NCBI RefSeq assembly: GCF_006345805.1
Contig: NC_043014.1
Span: 39,742,001 to 39,806,000, forward strand
Source of the DNA: Octopus sinensis
Lineage: Eukaryota
Direction: 5' to 3'
Length of the DNA: 64,000 nt
A program made the translations under genes and the position numbers. This document shows, piece after piece, positions 13,702-26,075 of this stretch (positions within the stretch are counted from its first letter, which is position 1; the number at the start of each line of letters is the position of its first letter). The notes under the pieces are model-generated. The model ran no database searches and was not told the origin of the DNA. It saw only the letters and a program-made list of their open reading frames with translations.

Positions 13702-13856
13702 GAAATTAACAAAATTATCGTTCCTTTTTGTATTGACTTTAATTCATTTTTTACTTATTTTCAGGTAAAAGAGATTTTGAGCGTTTGAAACAAATAAAAT
13801 GACTAACTGAATAGAAGAGGTATTGTTATAAATTTGAAGGAATTTTATAAACTGAA

Positions 13857-13940
13857 ATGATGTCAGCCCATGTTTTATCACCATCAACTTCACAGGACTC
13901 ATCGCCTGGTTCAGATAGTCCAGTTTTTATGGAATGGAAG
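13857..13940 (+). CDS. DIXDC1: Candidate first coding exon A of Dixin-like gene (MMSAHVLSPSTSQDSSPGSDSPVFMEWK)
   Basis: ATG with in-frame upstream TAA (13848-50), 28 codons, phase-0 donor AAG|GTCAGT at 13941 compatible with the phase-0 CH exon at 55523; acceptor TTTCAG at 13764 gives a 5'UTR-containing exon 13765-13940. Confidence 0.62.
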
Positions 13941-15014
13941 GTCAGTATTTTTTGGCCATTACTGTAGTTTTATACATATTCTTTTACACATTCTTGTCTG
14001 TTCTTTACAGATAGTAAATGTATATATTGGTATTTTTAATTCACATTTTTTAATAAATGCACGAAAGCATTAAAATATCAGAAGTATTAGCACATTGGAT
14101 GGAATGTGTTGAAATATTTCTTCCAGTTCTTTGTATCCTGAGTTCAAAACCCCACTGAGGTCAGTTTTGCCTTTCATCCTTCTAGAATCAATAAAAAAGA
14201 ACCAACTGATCTTGGATGGTGGACCGGCAGAATCACTAGAATGCCAGGAATAATAATTTGTAGTATTTATTCTGGCTCTTAATGTTCTGAGTTCAAATCC
14301 TATCACAGTCTTAAGCAGATAGAAAGGATTGAAACTTTATTATGTACAAACTTATAGTTAACTTTGGATAGCATTAGAACAATCCATGGTACCCAACCTA
14401 TTACTCTTTACTCTTTTACTTGTTTCAGTCATTTGACTGCGGCCAAGCTGGAGCACCACCTTTAGTTGAGCAAATCGACCCCAGGACTTATTCTTTGTAA
14501 GCCCAGAACTTATTCTATCGGTCTCTTTTGCCGAACCGCTTAGTTACGGAGACATAAACACACCACCATCGGTTGTCAAGTGATGTTGGGGGGACAAACA
14601 CAGACACACAAAGATATACACACACATATATATATATACGACGGGCTTCTTTCAGTTTCCGTCTATCAAATCCACTCACAAGGCTTTGGTCGATCCGAGG
14701 CTATAGTAGACATACTTGCCCTAGGTGCCACGCAGTGGGACTGAACCCGGAACCATGTGATTCGTAAGCAAGCTACTTGCCACACAGCCACTCCAATGCC
14801 TATATATATTAACATGAAATTTTGCTGGAAGGTTTTAATCTAGATCACTTTAATCCTTTAGTGTTCAGATTACTCTATCAAATGTAATGCTTATATATTC
14901 ATATTTTTTAAAATTAATCTTGTATTATCTTGTGGTTTTGAGATTTCGACAGCATGATTGTTTATCTTTAGAAAGACATTGTAAGGTAGGTGAAAGAGGC
15001 AAGATCTTGTCAGC

Positions 15015-17172
15015 TTCACATAAAATGTAATCTGTTAGCTGTATGGGTAGGATTTCCTTTATTTGATCTGAAAATTGATAGTAACATTTGGTCTGTCTGA
15101 AGCCGAATACTTCTACCATGGAGAAATCTGTGAAATTTCTTCATGACAAAAATAATCGCTAGAGCTTCTTTCTCTATCTGACTGTACTTTTTTTGTGCTG
15201 CAATCAGAGCACATGAGGCATGAATCATCAGCTTCATATTACTGTCTTTATATTTGTGTAGCAAAACTGCTCCTACTCTGTATTCAGAAACATCAGAAGC
15301 TACAAACAATCTCTGCTGCAGGATTGAAATGAGCCAGCAACAAATCCAAAATTAATATTTTTTTAATATCTTGAAACGCCTTTTCACAGTTATTTGACCA
15401 ATTCCATTAGGCGTCTTTCTTTAGCAAATTATTAAATGGAGTTCTCAATTCATACATGTTTGGTATGTAATTTTGATAATGGTTTGCTAGGCCAAGAAAA
15501 GCTTGTAATTTAATATTCACTTTGTTTACTTTTGCATGTACAAATTTCCCCTTTTTGGTGTCACTTCTACTTCTTGTTGAGAAAACTTTAGAATTTTTTA
15601 TGTTTGTCCTTCCTAACTTTGCTCTGCAATATGAGCTCTTGTGCTCTTTTTGGCAATTGTAACATTTTTTTGCATTTTGAAAGGACAATCCTTCCTGAAA
15701 TGTAGGGCTCCACATCTGTAGCATGGGTTTGGTTTTAACTTTTTTTTTTGTTCATACCCTCCCGGTCGACACACTTGTACTTGTGAGAACTCCTCTTCAG
15801 TTTTCTTTATGTCCTGACGTAAGTTTACCATTCTTTGGCACTCCTCTGCAACTGTCTGCAGGGTTAAGCTTTGGTCCACTGGTTCGAGTTTTGTGAGAAT
15901 TCTTGCATGTATCTCTGCATCTTTGTTTACCATAAGCCCTTGTACAAAAATGAGGCACTTAAACATATCGGGTTAGTTCCTTCAGTTTAAACCGTTTACA
16001 CATTTGGTTTACAGTTCTGGCATATGTGACAAAGTCTTCATCTTTTTTTAACTGGATTCCAACACTCCCATCAAGTATTAAATAGGGAACTCTTATCACT
16101 GAATATTTTTGATAGTAGTTAGACTGTTTCCTGGAAACAAATTCACTAGTTTTTTTGGGTCGTATGAAATTACAATTTTTTTAATGTTCATCCGGTGCTA
16201 ATTTACATAATAATAGTCTTGTTTTTATGTTGTCCATCCATGACTTGCAATCTTCCTTGAAGATTTCTTTGTGCCTTCTAAAGTACGCTGCAAATGTTAT
16301 ACCCTCCTCTGGGTCATAACTGAATTCTGTTATAGAGTTCGATACACATTATAAGTTCGATACAATGAACTTATAATGTTTCTGGACATCCATATTAATT
16401 CCAGCAACTGCTGTTCGACTCTTGGGTACTGTCGTTTTGACTCTTGGGTACAGTTGTTTTGACTCTTGAGTGCTGTTGTTCGACTCTTGAGTGCTGTTGT
16501 TTGACTCTTGAATACTGTTGTTTTGACTCTTGAATACTGTTGTTTTGACTCTTGAATACTGTTGTTTTGACTCTTGAATACTGTTGTTCGACTCTTGAAT
16601 ACTGCTGTTCGACTCTTGAATACTGCTGTTCGACTCTTGAATACTGCTGTTCGACTCTTGAATACTGCTGATCGGCTCGGTTCTGCTGTTGCTATTGCAC
16701 TGCAACTGATTGTGTTGTAGTTGTTGCTGTTGCAGTTGTTGGTGCAACTCCTGTGGTTGTTCTTGCTGTTGTTTTTGCTAATCAGTCTTCCATAATTAAC
16801 AGCTCTGCATCACAGAAATTTGTTAACTGACCTGCGTGAGCTTCGAACCCTCGTTGCCAATATCATAACATAGTTACTCGTCGCCAATTATTGTAGTATC
16901 ACCACTATTTATGATGATACTTGTTTACACTATAACCGTGTAGTAACAATAAAATGTATAATGTAGCAGATAACAACAATGTAACAATTCAACAAACTCT
17001 CCACAAACTATATACAAACCAACAAATGATATTCCGACAAATTACCAAACTACCTTATACCTTCCTGTAATTAATGCCTATTCTCTCTGTCTGTCTCTCT
17101 CAGACTGCTCCTGTTTATAGTTGTTTGGTCAAGTCTATTCTTGCAGGGGGTGTTGTGACTCTCACCACAACA
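15015..17172 (-). mobile_element. Ty3/Gypsy (K02A2.6-like) LTR retrotransposon remnant: 5'LTR, PBS, gag, internally deleted pol, RNase H; 3' truncated
   Basis: Minus strand encodes FSYDPEEGITFAAYFRR (gag), CYRCGALHFRKDC (zinc knuckle), LQAFLGLANHY (RT end), VASDVSEYRVGAVL...YSQIEKEALAIIF (RNase H); many frameshifts and stops. Putative LTR 16892-17172 with TG..CA ends; TGGCGACGAG PBS at about 16877-16886. Confidence 0.92.
16410..16676 (-). repeat. 21-bp tandem repeat (about 12 units, GACTCTTGAATACTGYTGTTY) in the Gypsy gag 5' region
   Basis: Directly visible; translates on the minus strand as (IQESNSS)n with 1-nt slips. Confidence 0.92.
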
Positions 17173-17719
17173 CACACACACCTGCATAAATGTGCTTGGG
17201 GCAAGGTGTATATGTCATCATCATCGTTTAAAGTCCGTTTTCCATGCTAGCATGGGTTGGACAGTTCAACTGGGGTCTGGGAAGCCAAGAGGCTGCACCA
17301 GGCTCCAGTCTAATCTGGCAGTGTTTCTACAGCTGGATGCCTTTCATAATGCCAACCACTCCAAGAGTGTAGTGGGTGCTTTTTACGTGCCACTGGCACA
17401 GGGGCAAGATGAGGCTGGCAAACGGCCACGATCGGTTGGTACTTTTACATGTCACCGACACGGACACCAGTCAGGTGGCGCTGGCAACTGCCACGTTCGG
17501 ACGGTGCTTTTAACGTGTCAAGTCATATTGTGTATTTGTATAAATTTATGCTTATATTCTTACATCCCAGGTAATCCACATACTTGTTCATATCTGTTTA
17601 AAAGCTTCATGAGATTCCCTCATTAATGATTTTGTTTAAAACTTAGGTAAAGCAAACCTTATATCAATCAATATACTGTATATTGATCGACAGTGGGCTG
17701 GCTGACTCAGTAGATTATT

Positions 17720-18095
17720 GAAGACTAGCACTATGACCTGGCAACGCCAGGTCATAGTGCTAGTGCATGCATATACAGCTGCATGCGTGCGTGCGCACAT
17801 ACACACGAGTGCTGTCCAAATCTCAGACCAATCACATACAGCTAGCTGGCATTCAATTGGTGTATCAAGTTTTGGGCAATTTGATTGGGTTTTGGATAGA
17901 AAATTCACAAAAAAGTCACTTCTATTGATTTTTTAATGGCTTTACGGGGTGACTGGGGAAACGTAAAGATGTGCACGACCACCCTTGGACAGTTTTGAAT
18001 GACCATAGAAAGTGCGAGCCCTCTAACTGAAAAATTGTGGATTTGTATAAAAGACACACACACGCAGACATTTTGCCGTTTATATATATAGAGAT
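17720..18095 (+). mobile_element. HINE-like element with perfect 19-bp 5' palindrome
   Basis: ACTAGCACTATGACCTGGC-aac-GCCAGGTCATAGTGCTAGT (17724-17764); ends TTTATATATATAGAGAT. Confidence 0.65.
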
Positions 18096-18555
18096 GATTG
18101 TGCTGGATTTTCTAAGAATATTTTAAGAGATATAAGAAATGGAAATAATGAATAAAAGGTTACAATGATGTTATTTATTTCTATCATGTTATATGTTTTT
18201 ATAAGATAATTTTATAATAAGAGATATGTAGTTTAACATCTAATGTACTAGATAATATGTGTGTATACTTATAGTAATGCAACAGTTTTTATTACTATAA
18301 AAAATTTGTAATCTTTTGCAAAGTATTTTAATATTTACATCGTTTTATAATTCTGTGATAAGTAAGTAATCATTAATGTAAATGTTTGTGAAAATAATTT
18401 GAAAAAAAAAATTGGTTCATCCTGCATTGTCAGTGATGAAATTAATGCTGATGACAATGTAATCAAGTTTGAAAATAATGAAATTGAGATTCACAATGAC
18501 AAATTTGAGATTGCTGTTGATGAGGTTGAGAATGTTGAATCTGGGAGGGAAACCT

Positions 18556-18616
<61 letters not shown>

Positions 18617-19084
18617 AAATACAAAATGGGACAAGAACGCAAAACATCCGGACAACTAGGTGATACAAAAAGGGACAGCAAAACATCAAATAGACGATAC
18701 AAAAAAACATGGATGGGTCATTCAAAGCCTTTTATCTTCAGTCAAGAACCAGATCATCCTCGCAATTTTGGTTGATTAATCTTGAGATTGCTCCAATCTG
18801 GCCAGCCCCAGTATATATATATAGATAGATGTTTTTATATACATGCATATATGTGTGTGTGAAGGTGCATGACTTAGTGGTTAGGGTGTTAGACTTATGA
18901 TTGTCAGATTGTGGTTTCAGTTCCTGGACCAGGTGATGTATTGCATTCTTGAGCAAAACACTTCATTTCACGTTGCTCCAGTCCACTCAGCTTGCAGAAG
19001 CAAGTAATCCTGCAATGGACTGATATCCTCTCCAGGAGAAATGTATGTGCTACAGAAACCAGGAAACTGCCCTAATGAGTCTAT

Positions 19085-19575
19085 ATGTCTTGGGAAGAAA
19101 TTTTGTTCTCATATATATATATATATATATACACACATACATGCCTCTATACATATATGTGCGTTTGTGTAGATACATATGTACCCATGTACCTATACAT
19201 GTATGCATATGTATATAAATATATATATCCATGTGCACATATATATATATATATATATACATGTATAACCATGTGCATATATATATAATATATATCCATA
19301 TGCATATATATATATGCATATACTTTATATATATATATATATATATAAAATCATCATTTGTTTTCCATTCTGGCTCTGTATGTGTGTGTATGTATATATA
19401 TATAGATATATATATATATACACATACACACACACCAGACATGTATACATATATGCACATATAAATACATGGAGCACACATAGGTCCATACATGTGCATG
19501 TACTTGTTTACTCAGACACATACACACGCATGCTCCCATACATACACATACACACATTCATCTAATCTTTATACT

Positions 19576-19611
<36 letters not shown>

Positions 19612-19903
19612 TTTGCACACATGCACAGTTTAGCCAGGTCACTGTTATCTCCCTTGTCACTAAACCTTTCTTCCAGTCAGTTCAACATGTGAAACTGTTA
19701 ATCTAGACATTTCTTTCTCTCTCTCTCTTTTCTTTCCTCACTCCCTTTCTGTAGAAGAGTGTAGCCTGAAAACGTTAAAGACTTTGCCATTTTTCCTGAG
19801 CATCAAACTAATTACACCTTATTTGTTCTTCCCTCACCTGTCTTTGTCTTCTGATTTTTGTTTTTTGTACAATTTTGAACCAGATACACACACACACATT
19901 TAT

Positions 19904-19934
<31 letters not shown>

Positions 19935-20378
19935 CACACACATACATACATACACACATATATATATACACACACGTATATATATATATATGTATTTATG
20001 TTTATGTATATATGTATATATATATGTGTGTATATATGTATATATATGTGTGTGTATATATATATGTGTGTATATATGTATATATATGTGTGTGTGTATA
20101 TATATACACGCATATATATGTATATATATGTATGTATATGTATGTATGTTTGTATGTATGTATGTGTGTGTGTGTATATATATATATATGTGTGTGTGTG
20201 TATGTATATATATATATATATATATATACACGCATATATATGTATATATATGTATGTATATGTATGTATGTTTGTATGTATGTATGTATGTATGTATGTA
20301 TGTATATGTATGTATGTATATATATATATGTATGTATGTATATATATATATATATGTGTGTGTGTGTATATATATAAA
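19085..20378. repeat. Compound (TA/CA/TG/TATG)n microsatellite field
   Basis: Directly visible; source of many spurious YI/VC-rich ORFs. Confidence 0.9.
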
Positions 20379-20382
20379 TGCC

Positions 20383-20452
20383 ACTGATAGGACTTGAAAT
20401 TATGTGGGGAGACTCCAATGGATTTCTAGTCCATCGCCTTAACTATCTAGCC
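20383..20452 (-). pseudogene. Degenerate tRNA-Ser(AGA), lacking 5' acceptor strand (copy 1)
   Basis: Reverse strand GGCTAGATAGTTAAGGCGATGGACTAGAAATCCATTGGAGTCTCCCC aligns to the canonical eukaryotic tRNA-Ser(AGA) body; T-arm decayed. Confidence 0.8.
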
Positions 20453-20455
20453 AAA

Positions 20456-20530
20456 TAACCAAGTGGTTAAGGCGATGGTCTGTTAATCCATTGGGCTCTC
20501 CCTGTATGAATTCGAATCTCATCCTCATCA
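20456..20530 (+). pseudogene. Degenerate tRNA-Ser(GCT)-derived sequence with anticodon mutated to GTT (copy 1)
   Basis: AGTGGTTAAGGCGATGGTCTGTTAATCCATTGGGCTCT...TTCGAATCTCATCCTCATCA aligns to the tRNA-Ser(GCT) body with C>T/G>A decay. Confidence 0.8.
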
Positions 20531-20941
20531 ACTAAATTATATATATAGGAAAATAAGGAATAAGTGAAATTTTACCAGTGAATGTGTTAGATTATAAGGT
20601 ACAAAAAGAAAATTACTCTCCCCAGACACAACAGAATATGCTTCAACACATGAACTCATATAAATAATCTTGCAAACTAAATCCAAAAACAAAATATATA
20701 TATATATATATATATAATATATATATATATATACATATGAGAGAGAATCCACTAAAGTGGACGCCCTTACGCTAAAGATAGATCCACATGAGTCTCAACC
20801 ACTAAGAATTGTTCTCAAGAAAAATTTAGCACACTATGAACGTAAGCGAGCAGGACAAATGAAAAATAACAAAAATATAGATTAACCCCATACAATTGAT
20901 GTTATTAAATTAATATACAATTTTTTCACCCTCATTTTGAG

Positions 20942-20973
<32 letters not shown>

Positions 20974-21978
20974 TCACACATACATATACATACATACATA
21001 CACACACACAAAATATCAATAAGTGGTGATGGATTCCACATGCTTTATTACATATCACTACAATTGTTTCAACACATCATTACTAGAAAATGCTGTGTTA
21101 TTCTTCAGGTGTGACTAAAAGGAGCTGTTTTGCCAGTATAGGCAATTTTTGAATGAGTGCTCTGTGAGCTTATGTAGCTTGTTTCTTCTTGGCATGTAAA
21201 CTTTTACGAAACAAACTATAAATATCAGGAATTTTCCTCAACACCGTTTTTGATTTGATTGCAATTATATTGCATTATAACACATGGGATCCTAGATGAG
21301 CCCATGTGCTATTTTATAAGGTAATGAGCATGTAGAATTATTAGCAGGTCGAGCAAAATGCTCAGTGGCATTTTGTCCATCTCTACCTTTTGAGTTCAAA
21401 TTTTTCTGGGGTCAACCTTCCCTTTCATCTTTTCAGGGTCGATAATTAAGTACCAGTTGTGCACTGGGGTCAATATGATAAACTTATCCCTTCTCCCCCA
21501 AATCAGGCTTATGCCTGTAATAAAAAGGATTATGATTCTCATTGATATAAGACAATTTCTGCATACAGCTGTAACTTACCTTTATGTTGTAGCTGTTGAA
21601 CAGCTGTTGGAATTTGTGGATATTCCAAAAAATAGAGCTGATCGGAGACAGAAAACATTTTGCTATATTGGTTCTTGACTTTTAATACATGTCAGTTATT
21701 CCAAATAACACTTCTTTTTGCAGTACTTTTGAGGTGTTTGTTATTAACTCTTTTACTCTCTTTTACTTGTTTCAGTCATTTGACTCTGGCCATGCTGGAG
21801 CACCACCTTTTAGTCGAGCAAATCAACCCCAGGACTTATTCTTTGTAAACCTAGTACTTATTCTATAGGTCTCTTTTGCCGAACCACTAAGTTACGGGGA
21901 CGTAAACACACCAGCATCTGTTGTCAAGCGATGTTGGGGGGAAAAACACAGACACATAAACACATACATATATTATAT

Positions 21979-22020
<42 letters not shown>

Positions 22021-22450
22021 TATGACGGGCTTCTTTCAGTTTCCGTCTACCAAATCCACTCACAAGGCTTTGGTCGGCCCAAGGCTATAGTAGAAGACAC
22101 TTACCCAAGGTGCCACGCAGTGGGACTGAACCAGAACCATGTGGTTCGAAAGCAAGATACTTACCGCACAGCCACTCCTACGGCTATATTTGCTGTTAAT
22201 GAATACTTAAATTTTTTTCTGCTTATGGTTGTCTGTTAGTACTCAGTGGATTCCTTGGACTACAATACACTTATCTTACTGATATTTTGGGTCCGTGTAT
22301 TTTTAGTATTGTGTGAGTGGTTTGATGCTGTGTTGATGCAAAATGGGATGTTTGGTTTCAGTAATTTGAAACAAGCTTACTGTTACAAGGTTTGCTTGAA
22401 CGCTCATTCTCAAACTGTATTTGAACGTCCTGATTTATTTCCTAAATGCT

Positions 22451-22599
22451 ACTGATAGGACTTGAAATTATGCGGGGAGACCCCCAATGGATTTCTAGTC
22501 CATTGCCTTAACTATCTGACCAAATAGCAGAGTGGTTAAGGCGATGGTCTGTTAATCCATTGGGCTCTCCCTGTATGAATTCAAATCTCATCCTCATCA
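22451..22599. pseudogene. Second copy of the head-to-head tRNA-Ser(AGA)/tRNA-Ser(GCT>GTT) fusion
   Basis: Near-identical to 20383-20530 including shared derived mutations and the flanking ACTAAATT. Confidence 0.8.
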
Positions 22600-23796
22600 A
22601 CTAAATTTTTTGCTGCACACGATATTCATAATCATAAGCTTATGATATACGCACTAGTTCATCTTAATGCCAACAAAGAACTTTCTGTTATTTTGAGCAA
22701 GGACATGTTCACAAATTATAACAAATTGTAACACTAGCATGTGAACATAATAATTCACAGGCTTTAACAGCATCAGAATTTTTTGTAATAATACCCTTCT
22801 TCTTAATTCACTAATTCTTCTTAATTTGCTAAAATGAAGAGATATCTTGGTATGCATATAATCACATTGTAAGGTGTTTGTGTTTTAGAAAATTGGATGG
22901 TTTTTAGAAGAAGGATAAAAATCAACAAGAACACCATGTTATATAAATCTATAATTATCTTTTCTTTGATGCCACTGAACCACATGGCATCTGCTACAGT
23001 GTTGTTCCTTGCTTACGTATAAGAACAAATACAAAGGATTAAAAAAAATTCTGTCACATCTCACTTGGATGTCTTATTTTTAAAAAAATTATTCTCACTT
23101 ACCTTTATGGAAATGGGTATATCTCTTAAATAAGTGGATTGATTCAGGAAAGCTGTTAAAGCTAATTTTAAAATATTAGGTTATTTTGATCCTTTTAAAT
23201 GATGTAAAATGAAGCTATTTATCCATTTCTTGAAAAAAGTTTCCATGTCACCGATATCTTGGTGATGCAATGAATATATAAAGTTTCTCGGAATAAGTAC
23301 ACATCTTACATAAATCTAGATCATTTTGAAAATGTGTTATTTCTTCTGAATGAGTATAAAGATACATATTCCCTCTCCTATTCTATTGTATTTCCAAGTT
23401 AAATAGATTTTTCTTTGCTTTTTCAAACAAAGATCACACTTTCTACACTTTCATTACAGCTGTTCCTATGTTGCCCTTCTTTTATAACTTTGTTAGGCCT
23501 ATCAACTGGCTCTGCTTGACACAATGACAATAGTAGTCTAATAGAACTTATTGAGAAGCTAACAATGCATTTAAGAAGATGGAGGGAGTGAGTTGGAGGA
23601 AGGTTGCAACAGAAACAGGACAGGCAAAAGAAATATTTGAGTGGCTGATTTAACAACTGTATCCAAATGATAACAGTTCTCGGCTGCTTACAAACTAGAT
23701 ATTGTGTTTACACACTCCTGGCAATAATTATCTCTCTTTGGGGGCCCCACTCCGTAATAGTAGTAGCAACTGCTGGATCTTATATTAAATCAAAAC

Positions 23797-23877
23797 ATGT
23801 CTTCTTATGAAACAGACGAGGAGGAAACTTCCCTTGAAATCAGTCTCTCCGATCTAGTATTTCCAGAAGTACTCCAG
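23797..23877 (+). CDS. DIXDC1: Candidate alternative first coding exon B (MSSYETDEEETSLEISLSDLVFPEVLQ)
   Basis: AAAC-ATG context, in-frame upstream TAG (23764-66), 27 codons, phase-0 donor CAG|GTAAAC at 23878; no AG between the stop and the ATG, so it behaves as a first rather than internal exon. Confidence 0.5.
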
Positions 23878-24439
23878 GTAAACAATATTCTAAATAATAA
23901 AACCTGTGCCGATAAAATCTAATTTAAATCTGTTATTATTTTCTCTAAACTTTATCAATTTGCATTATTGTATTTAAAATTTAATACAGCTGTTTTATTT
24001 TTCATTCGGCTAGTGTCTAAACTGACCGGATCATTTAAAGTAAACGAGAAAAGTTATTTAATTAGCTTTAATTTTGTCATCTTTTTCATTTTATGCTCCT
24101 GATCCTGAATAATTTTGTCATTCTCTTCTATATAAGATAAATTTGTTTTATTTATACTTCTACATTTCTTATGCAAGTGTCTGTCATGTATGTATTTCTG
24201 TTGTGCAGTATATGCATCATTCTTATCGACCAATTTATTAGTTATGTTTCTTATATTATGAAACCGGGTTTATTCTGTCATATCTAGGCTGGAATTGAAT
24301 TTGTTTATTTCGAACAAGACAGCTTGACATCCTTGTTTATGTATGGTTACATTGTAACTGGATACTTTTTGAAAACTAGAGCTCAGAAAAATTTACAAAG
24401 TCGGAAGCAAATATACAAATATATATGACAATATTTTTG

Positions 24440-24587
24440 ACTAGTTAAATGGGTCCTCATATGTATGTACGCATTAATGTATGCATATATGTACATGTAT
24501 GTGTGTGTGTATGTTTGTATGTATGCGTTTATATAAATATATATATGTATGCTTATATAAGTGTGTGCTTATGTATGCATGTATGTT

Positions 24588-24623
<36 letters not shown>

Positions 24624-24754
24624 CTTGTGTGTATGTATATACATACATATATACTCGTACCAAATCAGACTGGAGTCTGATGCAGCCCCATAGCTTACCA
24701 GCCCTGTTCAACCCGCCCAACCCAATCTAGCATGACAACGGACATTAAATGATG

Positions 24755-24787
<33 letters not shown>

Positions 24788-25195
24788 GATATAATATATA
24801 TATATTATACACACACACACACATACATGTGTGTGTGTGTGTATAAGACAAGGAAAGTGGGTAGTTAGAAATCTCTCTTTATATATATATAGACACACAC
24901 GTATATATATACATGTATATGTATGTGTGTGTATATGTATGTATATATATATATATATACATATATATACATATATAATATATATACAATATATACTATA
25001 TATATATATATATATATATACATATATATACATATATATATATATATAATATACATATATATACAATATATATATATATACATATATATACATATATAAT
25101 ATATACATATATATACATATATATATACATATATATACATATATATATACAATATATACATATATATATACATATATATATATTATATATATAAC

Positions 25196-25228
<33 letters not shown>

Positions 25229-25361
25229 ATAGATATATATATATATATATATATACAATATATATATACTATATATATAATATATATATAATATATACAT
25301 ATATATACATATATATATACATATATATATATATAATATATATATCTACATATATATATAC

Positions 25362-25420
<59 letters not shown>

Positions 25421-25807
25421 CATATATATAAAATATATATACATATATATATATACATATATATTATATATATATACATATATATATACATTATTATATA
25501 TATATACATATATATATATACATATATATATATACATATATATATATACATATAATATATATATATTATATATACATATATATATATACATATATATAAT
25601 ACATATATATATAATATATATACATATATATATATACATATATATATATATACTAACATATATATATACATATATATATATACATATATATAACATATAT
25701 ATATATACATATATATATATATACATATATATACATATATATATATATACAATATATATATACATATATAATAACATATATTATACATATATATATACAT
25801 ATATATA

Positions 25808-25846
<39 letters not shown>

Positions 25847-26075
25847 TACATGTGTGTGTGTATGTATAAGACAAGGAAAGTGGCTAGTTAGAAATCTCTC
25901 TTTATATATATAGACACACACGTATATATATACATGTATATGTATGTGTGTGTGTATATGTATGTATGTATATATATATATATTATATAATATACATGTG
26001 TGTGTGTTATATATATATATATATATATATATATACTCACACATACATACACATGTGTGTGCGTGCGTGCGTGCA
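24440..26075. repeat. Compound (TA)n/(TG)n microsatellite field containing a roughly 1-kb duplication
   Basis: Unique core TAAGACAAGGAAAGTGG.TAGTTAGAAATCTCTCTTT at 24844-80 and 25867-903. Confidence 0.9.

Noticed and set aside
18399-18560. Acidic ORF (DEINADDNVIKFENNEIEIH...)
   Set aside because: Low-complexity GAT/AAT-derived sequence running into a TA microsatellite; no splice signals or homology recognised.
20456-20530. Functional tRNA with Ser body and Asn (GTT) anticodon, i.e. a recoding tRNA
   Set aside because: The 5' acceptor strand is missing and the T and variable arms are mutated; GCT>GTT fits simple C>T decay.
21109-21320. Exon-like segment (TTCTTCAG acceptor, AAG|GTAATG donor); similar candidates at 26219-26257, 27800-27830, 34790-34821
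   Set aside because: No open phase-0 frame compatible with the CH exon; such site pairs are expected by chance in 40 kb of AT-rich intron.
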